NCBI GenBank assembly: GCA_963798915.1
Contig: CAWCVB010000001.1
Coordinates: forward strand, 96,001 to 160,000
Direction of reading: 5' to 3'
DNA: 64,000 nt
Source of the DNA: an uncultured Gemmatimonadales bacterium
GTDB taxonomy: Bacteria; Gemmatimonadota; Gemmatimonadetes; Gemmatimonadales; GWC2-71-9
Of this stretch, positions 21,338 through 30,494 are shown in pieces; position 1 is the stretch's first letter; every line of letters starts with the position of its first letter. A program made the position numbers and the translations under genes. The notes under the pieces were generated by a model that saw only the letters and a list, made by a program, of their open reading frames with translations, searched no databases and was not told where the DNA came from.

Positions 21338-22428
21338 TGGGCGTTCAACACAGCCATGCCCACGGGATCGACGTCGGTCTCGATCACCTTGACGATCTTG
21401 CGGGTCTTGCGCTCAATCACCACGACCGTGCCCGTCCCGCCCGTCCCGCCCGTCCTGCCCGTCCTGGGAACGTAGACGCCCTGCAGATTGTGGTTCGAGA
21501 CAAAGACATACTTCTGGTCCGGGCTGATCGCGATGCCATGCGGCTCGGCCAGTCCGTTGCCCTTGATGACATCGGCCACCTTCCAGGTCCTGGTATCCAC
21601 GACGGTCACCGAATTGTCCTTCTGGTTGGGGAACCAGAGCTCGCTGCCATCGCGGGTCCACGCCTCATGCCAGGGCTGGCTGGGCACGCTCAGCGTCCTG
21701 GCCAGCGACAACTTGCCGGGCGTGGTCGCATCATAGACCTGCAACTGGCTGGTCATCTGCGTGGTGGCGGTGACCCACTTGCCATCGGGCGAGCTGGAGA
21801 GCGCCACGTACATGTGGCCCATGTCTCCCGGCACCTGGGTCAGGCTCACCTCGCCGGTTGCGCCATTCACGGTGGCAATCTCGTTGTCCACCATCCCGCC
21901 CACGTAGGCAAAATGCCCCCGCGGATCCGCGGTGACGCCGTGCGGACGTCCCAGCACCACGTCCACCACCTCGGCGGGACCCATGCTGCTGCGATGGATG
22001 ATGCCGATACTGGACGGCGCATTCACCGCCGACATCGATCGGGTAGCGTAGAGCAGGTCGCTGGTCGGGTCCACCGTGAGCAGACCCGGGGTCACCATGG
22101 CTGCCTTCCCCACCACCCGGTTGTTGCGATCGAACTTGACCACGTAGCCGTCGCCCACCAGCGACACGTACCAGGCCGAGCCATCCGGCTCGGCGGTGAT
22201 GTGGTGGGGCTTGGCCTTGGCGGTAAAGCCCAGCTGCTGAAGGTCGAGCGTCTCCACCAGCTCCTGACTCCGGACATCGATGACGGAGATGGTGGCGGCG
22301 CTCTGGTTGGCCACGTAGAGACGCGCCCCGTCGGAGGCGGGCGCCGGTGGCGCCCCTCCCGGCGCTCCCCCCGAACAGGCGAGGAGCACCGGCAGGAGTC
22401 CGGCAACCAGCATGACGCGTGGGTTCAT
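21334..22428 (-). CDS. YncE/YVTN-type beta-propeller lipoprotein
   Basis: Lipobox LLAC. Motifs LYVANQSAATISVID, PHHI, PHGV, PHGIAISPD. Confidence 0.85.
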   Translation of the reverse strand: MNPRVMLVAGLLPVLLACSGGAPGGAPPAPASDGARLYVANQSAATISVIDVRSQELVETLDLQQLGFTAKAKPHHITAEPDGSAWYVSLVGDGYVVKFDRNNRVVGKAAMVTPGLLTVDPTSDLLYATRSMSAVNAPSSIGIIHRSSMGPAEVVDVVLGRPHGVTADPRGHFAYVGGMVDNEIATVNGATGEVSLTQVPGDMGHMYVALSSSPDGKWVTATTQMTSQLQVYDATTPGKLSLARTLSVPSQPWHEAWTRDGSELWFPNQKDNSVTVVDTRTWKVADVIKGNGLAEPHGIAISPDQKYVFVSNHNLQGVYVPRTGRTGGTGGTGTVVVIERKTRKIVKVIETDVDPVGMAVLNAQ

Positions 22429-24788
22429 GGCACCGGCTGCGAGTTGTGCTGCCGAACGATGAACAGCCCTTCCTCGCCGCTGGTCATGAGGACATTACCG
22501 CTCTTGAAGAATGGGAAATTGCTCCAGCTCCCGCCGAAGCCGGGGGCGTCCGGCCCCACCGGGACGGTGTCGAAGAACGCGATCTGCTTGGGATTGAGCC
22601 GGTCGCTGATGTCCAGCACCCGGAGCCCGCTCACGTAATTCGACTGGAAGACGGTATTCCCCACGATATAGAGATTGTGGTCGCTGGCCTTGTTCTTGGA
22701 AATGTAGGTGCCGGCGAGCACCGGATCATCCAGCTTGCTGACGTCCCAGATGAGCGTGCGCGTGCCGTCCACCAGGCCCTGCAGCTCATCGAGTTCGTCA
22801 TCCATGTAGAAGTACTTCTGGTCCGGCGTCAACCAGCCCTGGTGGGCGTAGCCCACGTTGGGATAGGCCTGGCGCGAGAGCGCCACCGGCTTGGACTTGT
22901 CGCTGACGTCGGCGATGCTGAGCGCCGTCTCGGCCGCGTTGAAGCAGATCTGGTGCCCGTCATACTTCTTGTCGGGACCATGGTACACGGTACACTGCGC
23001 GTCATGGATGTAGCCGGTGCCCGCGCGCCCCGTGGCGGGATCGGCAAAGCAGCCGGCAAACTTGGGCACGTCCGGATTGCGGATATCAATCATGTACAGC
23101 CCGCCGCCACAGGACTCGCCGCCGCCGTTGCTGCCCACCGCGTAGGCATAGCCCGATACGGTGTCGATCACGATATTATGGACGCTGAAGAGGTCCATGT
23201 AGGTGGTGTCGGCGGTGAAGGTCTCCGGCGCCTTGGCCGTGCGGAGCCGGGTCAGGTCGAAGACCTGCATGCCGTGGTGGCCCGAGCCGTCCGAGACGAT
23301 ATAGGCGTGGTTCTTGTACGTCTTGATGTCGCGCCAGGGTGCTGCGCTGGCGCCTTCAGTCATCGGCAGGCTGCCGACCAGACGGGGATTGAGCGGATCG
23401 GTCACGTCCACGAATGCGGTGCCGTCGGTCCGGCCCACCAGCGCATACTCGCGACCGGAGCCGGGATCGGTCCAGCCCCACATGTCGTTGAGGTTGACGC
23501 CACGCTTGCCGCCCAGTTCACGGACCGGAACGAACGCCATCAGGTCCATGCTCTCGCAGTCGAAGAGACCGATCTTGTTCTTGCAGTCGCGCTTCTTCCC
23601 GGTCATGGCGTCAAGCCCGAAGACCTGGCCGGTGAGCATGTTCCCGACCTTCCAGTCGTTGCCGGTCCGGTTCAACACCGCGATGCGCCCTTCGCCCCCA
23701 TCAGCGAAAGGCATGGTAGCGACGCCCGTGTTGCCGGCCAGTACCATGCCCGCGCCGAAGAAGGTGCGGCTTTCCGCCGAATCGGGCTCCAGCTTGGACG
23801 CCGACGTAACGTTGTTGTCCTTATCGTACGCCATGCGGTAGATGCTGCCGGCCCCACGGTTCACGCCCGGCGCGCTCACCCATGCCTCATTACCGACAAA
23901 AGCGATGGACGTGCCGAAACGGCCGGCTGATGGACCGTCGAACGCCTGCAGCCGGTCCCGGCTGAACCAGCGCTTCCGGGCAGTGTCGTGGGTGAAGATG
24001 GCCACCGCGCCGGCAAAGCCATAGGCCTGCGGCATGCCGACGAACACACGGCCGTCCTTGATGGCGACGGCCGTGCCCATCGCGGCAGGCCGTTCGAGAT
24101 TGGGAACCGATAGCCGGGCCTCCTGGCTCCAGCCGCCGCCACTCTTGCGGAAGACGTACGCGGTGCCGATGCCCGAGTCCGCACCGGTGGCGCCGATAAC
24201 CATGAGATCGCCGTCCATGGCGATGCTGGTGCCGAATCGCGAGCGAGGCGCCAGGTCACTGGGCTGGACGATCGTGTCACGGACCCAGCCGGTGCCGGCC
24301 CGCTTGAACAGGTACACCGCACCCTTCTGTCCGCCGACGCCAGTGGCGCCGATAGCCGCCATGTTGCCGTTCACCAGAATGGCCGAGCCCAGACCGGCTG
24401 AGTCTTCCGCCACGGTGAGCTTGGTGCCCGGCTTCCAGCTGGTGCCGGACCCGGAGAAGGTGTAGACCGTGCCGCCACCATTGTTGCTGTTGGTGCTGCT
24501 GACGAACAGGGTGCTGCCTTCGAGCGCTATCGCCGTGCCGAAGCCGTCATTCCGGGCCGAATCCGGGGCGGCCAGCCGCCCCGCCTGGGTCCATGGCCCC
24601 TGCCCCGCGGTCCGGTAGATGTACACCATCCCGGGCGCGTATTGATTGCGCGACTGGCCCACGAAGGCGACTCCGTCGCCCATGGCCACGGACGACCCGA
24701 ACCCCTGGGCGGCCAGCGGTGCGGTCCCCAGCGCGGCCAGCGCCGCGACCAGGAAACCAGTACGACCATGCATGATCATCGCGAACAA
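22425..24788 (-). CDS. Choice-of-anchor B family protein with N-terminal FG-GAP repeats
   Basis: FG.S(I/V)A..G....VGA repeats, then DMWGWTDP..GREYALVG, WRDIK, HNIVID, YIHDAQC, YAHQGWLT, DDELDE, DHNLY, NY.SGLR. Confidence 0.88.
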   Translation of the reverse strand: MFAMIMHGRTGFLVAALAALGTAPLAAQGFGSSVAMGDGVAFVGQSRNQYAPGMVYIYRTAGQGPWTQAGRLAAPDSARNDGFGTAIALEGSTLFVSSTNSNNGGGTVYTFSGSGTSWKPGTKLTVAEDSAGLGSAILVNGNMAAIGATGVGGQKGAVYLFKRAGTGWVRDTIVQPSDLAPRSRFGTSIAMDGDLMVIGATGADSGIGTAYVFRKSGGGWSQEARLSVPNLERPAAMGTAVAIKDGRVFVGMPQAYGFAGAVAIFTHDTARKRWFSRDRLQAFDGPSAGRFGTSIAFVGNEAWVSAPGVNRGAGSIYRMAYDKDNNVTSASKLEPDSAESRTFFGAGMVLAGNTGVATMPFADGGEGRIAVLNRTGNDWKVGNMLTGQVFGLDAMTGKKRDCKNKIGLFDCESMDLMAFVPVRELGGKRGVNLNDMWGWTDPGSGREYALVGRTDGTAFVDVTDPLNPRLVGSLPMTEGASAAPWRDIKTYKNHAYIVSDGSGHHGMQVFDLTRLRTAKAPETFTADTTYMDLFSVHNIVIDTVSGYAYAVGSNGGGESCGGGLYMIDIRNPDVPKFAGCFADPATGRAGTGYIHDAQCTVYHGPDKKYDGHQICFNAAETALSIADVSDKSKPVALSRQAYPNVGYAHQGWLTPDQKYFYMDDELDELQGLVDGTRTLIWDVSKLDDPVLAGTYISKNKASDHNLYIVGNTVFQSNYVSGLRVLDISDRLNPKQIAFFDTVPVGPDAPGFGGSWSNFPFFKSGNVLMTSGEEGLFIVRQHNSQPVP

Positions 24789-24842
24789 CTCCTGAGGGTG
24801 AGGTGTGTAGTAGCGACGTAGATTGCCCGGACCGGGTTTCAG

Positions 24843-26080
24843 TCAGGGCCGCCACTTGCCACGGGCGACGGCTGGGACGTAGCGGTCCAGGCCCCGCGGG
24901 GGAAACGACAGGGTGGTACCCTTTTCGGCGCTCATGTAGGCAGCCATGAGTATACGCACAACGTCCAGCCCGTCGTTGAAGGTGAGCCGGGGTTCCTCCT
25001 TGCCCAGGAAGGCCCGGACAAAGTGGCGGTTCTCAGCCTCATATCCGTAGGCCACCGCCTCATCCGCCACGACCGGCATGAGCCCGGTCTCGGCGTTCTG
25101 CTTCTCGACCAGGTCCTCGCCCGCCTTGCCGCGCACTTCCCGGCTGAAAAAGAGCTTGAGTCCGGTGTCCAAGGTGTTCCAGGCCATGGAATACTCCGGT
25201 CCCAGCAGCTCGGCCGAGAGCCGGAGGCCGGCGCCGACATAGCTCCAGGAGGTGGTGGCCTCCCCCAGCACGGTCTGGCCGTCGGCGGTCTCGAATTCAA
25301 TGGAGACGCTGGCAAAGTCCTCCGACGGCCGCCGCCGGTAGTCCACCGCCTTGCCCATGGTCTTGCGGAGCCGCCGGGCATAGGCGGGCTGGGACCACTT
25401 GAGACTGGCAATCCGGGCCGACAGGCTACCGGCCGGACAGTGTCGTAGGACTCGCCGGGCCGGGTGAGGAGGTGGCGGACCACCAGCGCCGAATGGCACA
25501 TCATGTCGTTCAGGACGCCGCCACCCTGCAGTTTCCCCTGCCAGAACCAGGGCATGTGCGGTCCGCTGTGCTCCTCAGCTGCGCGGGCCAGGTAGGGCCG
25601 CCCGGTGAGCCGGGCGCCTCTCGACCAGAGCAGGTTGCGGCCGTGCTCCACCTCGGGCGCAAACAGCTGATTCTCGAGATATCCGGTCCGGAGCCCCGCC
25701 TTCTTTGCCAGTTCGGTGACCTCGAGTGCCTCGGCCACATTGCGCGCCAGCGGCTTCTCGCAGGCAAGCCCGGCGAGTTCGCCCCGGCCCCGCGCAATGG
25801 TGTCCACGATCTCTTCCACGTTTTCGATGCGGGCCTGATTGGGCCCGCAGAGCCAGATCGCATCGATGGCCGGGTCGGCCACCATCTCGGCGATGGACCG
25901 ATACGGCTTGGCCCGGCCGACATCGAGCTTCCGGGCATAGCGCGCGGTGGCCGCCGCATGGTCCTGATTGGGACTCCACACACCCAGGACGTCGCTATCG
26001 CGCACGCCGGTCCAGGAACGGATGTGAAACTGGGCATTGAAGCCGCTGCCGATGAAGCCGATGCCGAGGGGAGGGGTCAT
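24843..26080 (-). pseudogene. Gfo/Idh/MocA oxidoreductase with a single 1-nt deletion (real lesion or assembly error)
   Basis: N-part MTPPLGIGFIGSGFNA...CEKPLARN...DMMCHS and C-part SLSARIASLKW... join if one base is added between 25428 and 25427 (ccg gt- agc ctg). Confidence 0.85.
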
Positions 26081-26103
26081 GGTGAGTGGGTGAAATGGTT
26101 TAT

Positions 26104-26381
26104 GGTCGTCGGTCGTCGGTCGTCGGTCACGGGTCGCGGGTCGCGGGTCGCGGGCCGCGGGTCGCGGGTTACGGGTCGCGGGTCGCGGGTCGTGGGTTGC
26201 GGGTCGAGGGTCGCGGGTCGAGGGTCGGGGTCGCGGGTCGCGGGTCGTGAGACGTGTCATCCTGAGGTCGCGCAGCGGCCGAAGGATCTACTTGCCCGCT
26301 CCGAGAACGGGGCCAGAAGATTCCTCGCTACGCTCGGAATGACACATCTCTCACACGACCCACGACCCACGACCCGCGACC
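26104..26381. repeat. Nested repeat: (GGTCGCG)n + 90-bp TGTCAT...ATGACA palindrome (26255-26344) + inverted (CGACCC.)n
   Basis: Left arm tgtcatcctgaggtcgcgcagcggccgaaggatct is close to the reverse complement of the array's right arm. Confidence 0.9.
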
Positions 26382-26382
26382 C

Positions 26383-26976
26383 CTACCCATACTCCACCCC
26401 CAGCTTGTCCAGCTGCGGCTTGGGGCAACCGTCCCATCCCTGCATATAGGCATTGCCCTTGTAGCCCAGGTCCTCGATCCCCATGCGGCTGGACCAGAAC
26501 CCGCTCGCCGTGAGATTCCGGAAGTTGGAAAAGAAGCTGGCGGGCTCCTTCAGCATCTCGTTGCCCTTGACCTTGTCGGGCCAGGCAATCTCGTTGATGA
26601 GCGCGAGTTGCTGTTCGCCAGTGGCCGAGGGAAAGGCGGACTGGAAGCGGGCACGTGATTCACGATTGAGCCAGGCCAGGCCCAGCCGCATCTTCTGCTG
26701 GCTGCCGGAATTTTCCTGCATCATGAAATCCATGAACTGCGGCACGCCGGCGTCGGTGGCGCTGCCGGAGCGGTCGTCCTTGGGAATGATGATGTCCACC
26801 AGGACGTTGACCGTCTTCCATTCTTCAGGCGTAAAGAAGCCGGGCGTATAGTTGCCGGTGGAGGCGGCGACGTGGTTGGCGGCGCGCTGGACGTCGTCGG
26901 CCTTGCAGCCGAAGGCCGTGGCCGTGGTGGCTAGGCCCAGGAGTCCCACCATTTCGCGGCGGCTGAGGCTGCTCAC
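26383..26976 (-). CDS. Gluconate 2-dehydrogenase subunit 3 family (Tat small subunit)
   Basis: SRREMV Tat motif. Motifs DIIIPKD...SATDAGV..F, FF..FRNLT.SGFWSS, LGY.GN. Confidence 0.88.
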   Translation of the reverse strand: MSSLSRREMVGLLGLATTATAFGCKADDVQRAANHVAASTGNYTPGFFTPEEWKTVNVLVDIIIPKDDRSGSATDAGVPQFMDFMMQENSGSQQKMRLGLAWLNRESRARFQSAFPSATGEQQLALINEIAWPDKVKGNEMLKEPASFFSNFRNLTASGFWSSRMGIEDLGYKGNAYMQGWDGCPKPQLDKLGVEYG

Positions 26977-28670
26977 AAGGCACCCGCCTTCCGGAGTTCG
27001 CTGATGTGATCTGCCGTGCGCCAGGCCAGTGCGAGGATGGTCCAGGTGGGGTTCTTGTCGGCCTGGGACACGAAAGGCGCGCCGTCAGTGACAAAGAGAT
27101 TCCTCACGTCATGCGCCTGGTTCCACTCGTTCAGCACCGAGCGGGAGCGGTCCTTGCCCATGCGCGCGCCGCCCAGCTCATGGATGATGCTGCCGCCACT
27201 GGAAATACCGTAGCCCTGGGCTTCGGGGGGCATGGGTGAGAAGACCGTGCCGCCCATCGCATCCACCAGGGCCCGGAAGGTTTCCTGCATGTGCTTGACC
27301 TGCTTGTACTCGTGGTCGGTCCATTTCCAGTGGAACCGCAGCGCCGGGATGCCCCACTGATCCTTGACCTCCGGATCGATCTCGCAGAACGATCCTTCGT
27401 TGGGGATCATCTCGCCCCGGCCCGAGAAGCCGATGGTGGTGCCGTACAGCCGGCGGTAGGAATCCTTGAGCGCCTGACCATAGCCGCCGAATTCGGGGTA
27501 CTTGTCGATGCCCCACATGAAGCCATACGACGGCATGCCTCGTCCCCCCCACACCTCGATGTGATAGCCCCTTGGAAAATCGAGCTTGCGGTTGTCCAGC
27601 CACCACGGGCTGTAGACATGACCGCCGCCCACGCCATCCTCGTTGTGGGAAAGGCCGTTCATCAATTTGGGAATGAATCCGGCCACGTCCGTGCCGGTGG
27701 TGTCGGTCAGGTACTTGCCGGCCATTCCGCTGGAGTTGGCGAGGCCATTGGGGAACGTTCCGCTCCTGGAATTGAGCAGCAGGCGGGCGGTTTCGCAGGC
27801 GCTCGCTGCCAGCACTACGATGCGCGCGCCCACATGCTGGTCGGTGTTGGTGGTCTTGTCCACGTAGGCGACGCCATTGGCGAGCCCGTCGCTTCCCAGG
27901 GTAACCTCGCGCGCCATCGCGTTGGTGAGGAGCGTCAGCCGGCCGGTCTTGAGGGCCGGCGGAATCAGCACATTGGCGGACGTGAAGTTGGAGTTGGTCC
28001 GGCAACCGCGGTTGCACTGCCCGCAGTAGTGGCAGGCGGCGCGGTCGTGGATCGGTTTCGTGAGGATGGAAAGCCGAGCCGGGATGCAGGCAACATTGAG
28101 CTTGTCGGCGGCCTGCTTGACCAGCAGCTCGTAGCAGCGCGGCTTGGGCGCCGGCAGGAAGCGGCTGTCCGGCGCATTGGGAAAATTCTCGTGGCTGCCG
28201 AAGACGCCGATCAGGTCATCCACGCGGTCGTAATACGGCGCCACGTCATCGTAGGTGATGGGCCAGTCATCGCCCAGCCCATCCAGCGACTTGCGGCGGA
28301 AGTCGTCCGGGCCAAAGCGGAGCGAGATGCGGCCCCAATGATTGGTGCGGCCACCGACCATGCGGGCCCGCCACCAGTCGAACTCGGTGCCCTTGGCGCG
28401 GGTATAGGGTTCGCCCGGAATGTCCCAGCCGCCGATGCAGGCGTCGAACTCCCCGAAGGGGCGCTCCTTGGTGGATGCGCCTCGCCGGGGTGAGTCGTAG
28501 GACCATGTGAGCATCGCGGAATCGGTCATGTTGTTCCACGGACCGCCGGCCTCGAGCAGCACCACGTCGGCGCCAGCCTGGGTCAGCACGTAGGCCGCCA
28601 TGCCGCCGCCCGCGCCCGAACCGATAATGGCCACGTCGTAGACCTTCCGGGTTCCCTGGGATTGCGTCAC
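26973..28670 (-). CDS. GMC-family FAD oxidoreductase (glycoside 3-dehydrogenase-like)
   Basis: Motifs IIGSGAGGG, GGRTNHWGR, Fe-S motif CHYCGQCNRGC, IIHELGGARMG, NPTWTILALAWR. Confidence 0.93.
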   Translation of the reverse strand: MTQSQGTRKVYDVAIIGSGAGGGMAAYVLTQAGADVVLLEAGGPWNNMTDSAMLTWSYDSPRRGASTKERPFGEFDACIGGWDIPGEPYTRAKGTEFDWWRARMVGGRTNHWGRISLRFGPDDFRRKSLDGLGDDWPITYDDVAPYYDRVDDLIGVFGSHENFPNAPDSRFLPAPKPRCYELLVKQAADKLNVACIPARLSILTKPIHDRAACHYCGQCNRGCRTNSNFTSANVLIPPALKTGRLTLLTNAMAREVTLGSDGLANGVAYVDKTTNTDQHVGARIVVLAASACETARLLLNSRSGTFPNGLANSSGMAGKYLTDTTGTDVAGFIPKLMNGLSHNEDGVGGGHVYSPWWLDNRKLDFPRGYHIEVWGGRGMPSYGFMWGIDKYPEFGGYGQALKDSYRRLYGTTIGFSGRGEMIPNEGSFCEIDPEVKDQWGIPALRFHWKWTDHEYKQVKHMQETFRALVDAMGGTVFSPMPPEAQGYGISSGGSIIHELGGARMGKDRSRSVLNEWNQAHDVRNLFVTDGAPFVSQADKNPTWTILALAWRTADHISELRKAGAL

Positions 28671-29551
28671 CCTGACTCCGCTCCTTTCGCCTGCACGTCA
28701 CACAGATGAACGGCCTGCTCCAGTGAAGTGCGCCATGGCCGCGAGGGCACAAACTCGTGCGCCAGGAAGCCGGTGAATCCGGTGTCGGCGATGGCCTGGG
28801 CGATGGCGCGGTACTGCAGCTCCTGGGTACCGTCGAGTTCGTGCCGGCCGGGCACACCGCCGGTGTGATAGTGGCCGATGTCCGTTGCGTGGGTCCGGAT
28901 GGTCCGGATCACGTCGCCTTCCATGATCTGCATATGATAAATGTCGTACAGCAGCTTGACCCGGGGGGACCCGACCGCCTGAATGACTGCCGAGCCGAAG
29001 GCTGTATGGTCGCCCTGATAGTCCTTGTGGTCAACCTTGCTGTTGAGCAGCTCGACGCAGACGGTGGTCTGATGGCGTTCCGCCAGCGGCGCGATCCGCC
29101 GGAGGCCGGCCGTGGCATTGGCCATCCCCTCGGCGTCCGATCGGCCTTGCCGGTTGCCGAACATGACGATCAGGTTGGGCACGCCCGCGGCTTTGGCCAG
29201 GGGCAGCGTCGTTTCCACCTCGTGCACAATGGTATCGTGCATGGCGGTATCGCAGAGGCCCCGGGTGAGAAAATCGTCGCGCGTGCTGCAGTAGCCCATG
29301 GAACAGGTGAGGCCGTGCCGAGCCGCCACCGGCCATTCCTCGGGCTGGAGCAGGTCGACCCCGGCGAGGCCGATGGCCCTGGCCGCCTGGCAGAACCGGT
29401 CGAGTGGCACGTCGCCGTAGGGCCAATAGCACACCGACTGGGCCAGCTTGAGGCCGAGTGACGCGCGCGGTTCATGGGTCGAGGGTCGAGGGCCCGGCGC
29501 GAGGGCGGCGACCCCGGCCGCGATGGTGCCTATGGCGGTGCGTCGGTGCAT
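28667..29551 (-). CDS. Hydroxypyruvate isomerase-like TIM-barrel protein
   Basis: RR Tat-like start. Motifs ELLNSKVDH.DY, LLYDIYHMQIMEGD, HYHTGGVPGRHE, HEF. Confidence 0.9.
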   Translation of the reverse strand: MHRRTAIGTIAAGVAALAPGPRPSTHEPRASLGLKLAQSVCYWPYGDVPLDRFCQAARAIGLAGVDLLQPEEWPVAARHGLTCSMGYCSTRDDFLTRGLCDTAMHDTIVHEVETTLPLAKAAGVPNLIVMFGNRQGRSDAEGMANATAGLRRIAPLAERHQTTVCVELLNSKVDHKDYQGDHTAFGSAVIQAVGSPRVKLLYDIYHMQIMEGDVIRTIRTHATDIGHYHTGGVPGRHELDGTQELQYRAIAQAIADTGFTGFLAHEFVPSRPWRTSLEQAVHLCDVQAKGAESG

Positions 29552-29657
29552 GGGGAGAGGGATTAGGGTTTAGGGCATAAGGTTTGGGGATTGGGGCTCG
29601 GCGCCTCGCCTTGGCGTGGACGAGCTTCATCTTCCCGCCGTCTCGCCGTCTAGCCGT

Positions 29658-30494
29658 CTAAAACCTCAACGCCCGCAGATACCGATAGCTCCGTGCAATA
29701 CTCGCCATCGGGTCGGCCGGCTCGTCGTGCTCCACGAAATAATGCTGGATGCCGGCGTCTTCGTGCTTCGAAAAGATCCGGGCCCAGTCGATCTGACCCT
29801 GCCCCACGTCCACCATCGTCTGGCCCCTGGCCATGTCCTTGACATGCACCAGTGGAAACCGCCCCGGGTACTTCTCGAAATAGGGGACGGGATCCTGGCC
29901 CCCCTTGGTGATCCAGAAGAGATCCATCTCGAAGACGACGTTTTCGGGATCGCACTCGGCCAGCAGCACGTCGTACGGCATGCGGCCCTCGATCTTGCCG
30001 AACTCGAAGTCGTGGTTATGGTAGGCAAAGCCGATGCCCCGCTTCTTCGCTTCTGCGCCGGCCCGGTTGAACTTGGCGATGGTTGAACGTAGCGCCGGCA
30101 GCGTGGCGCGGTCCTTCTCGTCGAGCCAGGCGACCACGAGATAATCGTGCCCCAGCGCTTCCGCCGCATCGAGGGTCCGCTGCCAGTCATCGCCCAGGGC
30201 CTCGAGCCCGATATGGGCCGAGGGTGCGACCAGCCCCAGGGCATCGAGCTGCCGCCTGAGCGCGGCCGGCGTCCGGTCATAGTAGCCGGCAAACTCCACC
30301 TCGCGATAGCCGATCTTCGCCACCTGCTCCAGCGTGGCATCGAAATTCGTCGCGAGCAGCGAACGCACGGTATAGAGCTGCAGGCCAATGTCGCCCAGCT
30401 GGTCACGGGTGCAGGCACGCAGCGCCCCGGGCAGCGCCAGTGCCAGTGCGCCTGCACTGGTCGCGCCGAGAAATTCGCGTCGGTCAAAGTTCAT
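29658..30494 (-). CDS. Xylose isomerase-like TIM-barrel protein (sugar phosphate isomerase/epimerase family)
   Basis: DRREFL Tat motif. Motifs GLQLYTVR, YHNHDFEF, FEMDLFW, HVKD, FVEHD. Confidence 0.92.
   Translation of the reverse strand: MNFDRREFLGATSAGALALALPGALRACTRDQLGDIGLQLYTVRSLLATNFDATLEQVAKIGYREVEFAGYYDRTPAALRRQLDALGLVAPSAHIGLEALGDDWQRTLDAAEALGHDYLVVAWLDEKDRATLPALRSTIAKFNRAGAEAKKRGIGFAYHNHDFEFGKIEGRMPYDVLLAECDPENVVFEMDLFWITKGGQDPVPYFEKYPGRFPLVHVKDMARGQTMVDVGQGQIDWARIFSKHEDAGIQHYFVEHDEPADPMASIARSYRYLRALRF

Noticed and set aside
26081..26260. N-terminal extensions and small ORFs made of TRDPRP/THDSRL repeats (also 32166-32450, 48778-49236)
   Set aside because: Translations of heptamer tracts. 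The true starts lie downstream.
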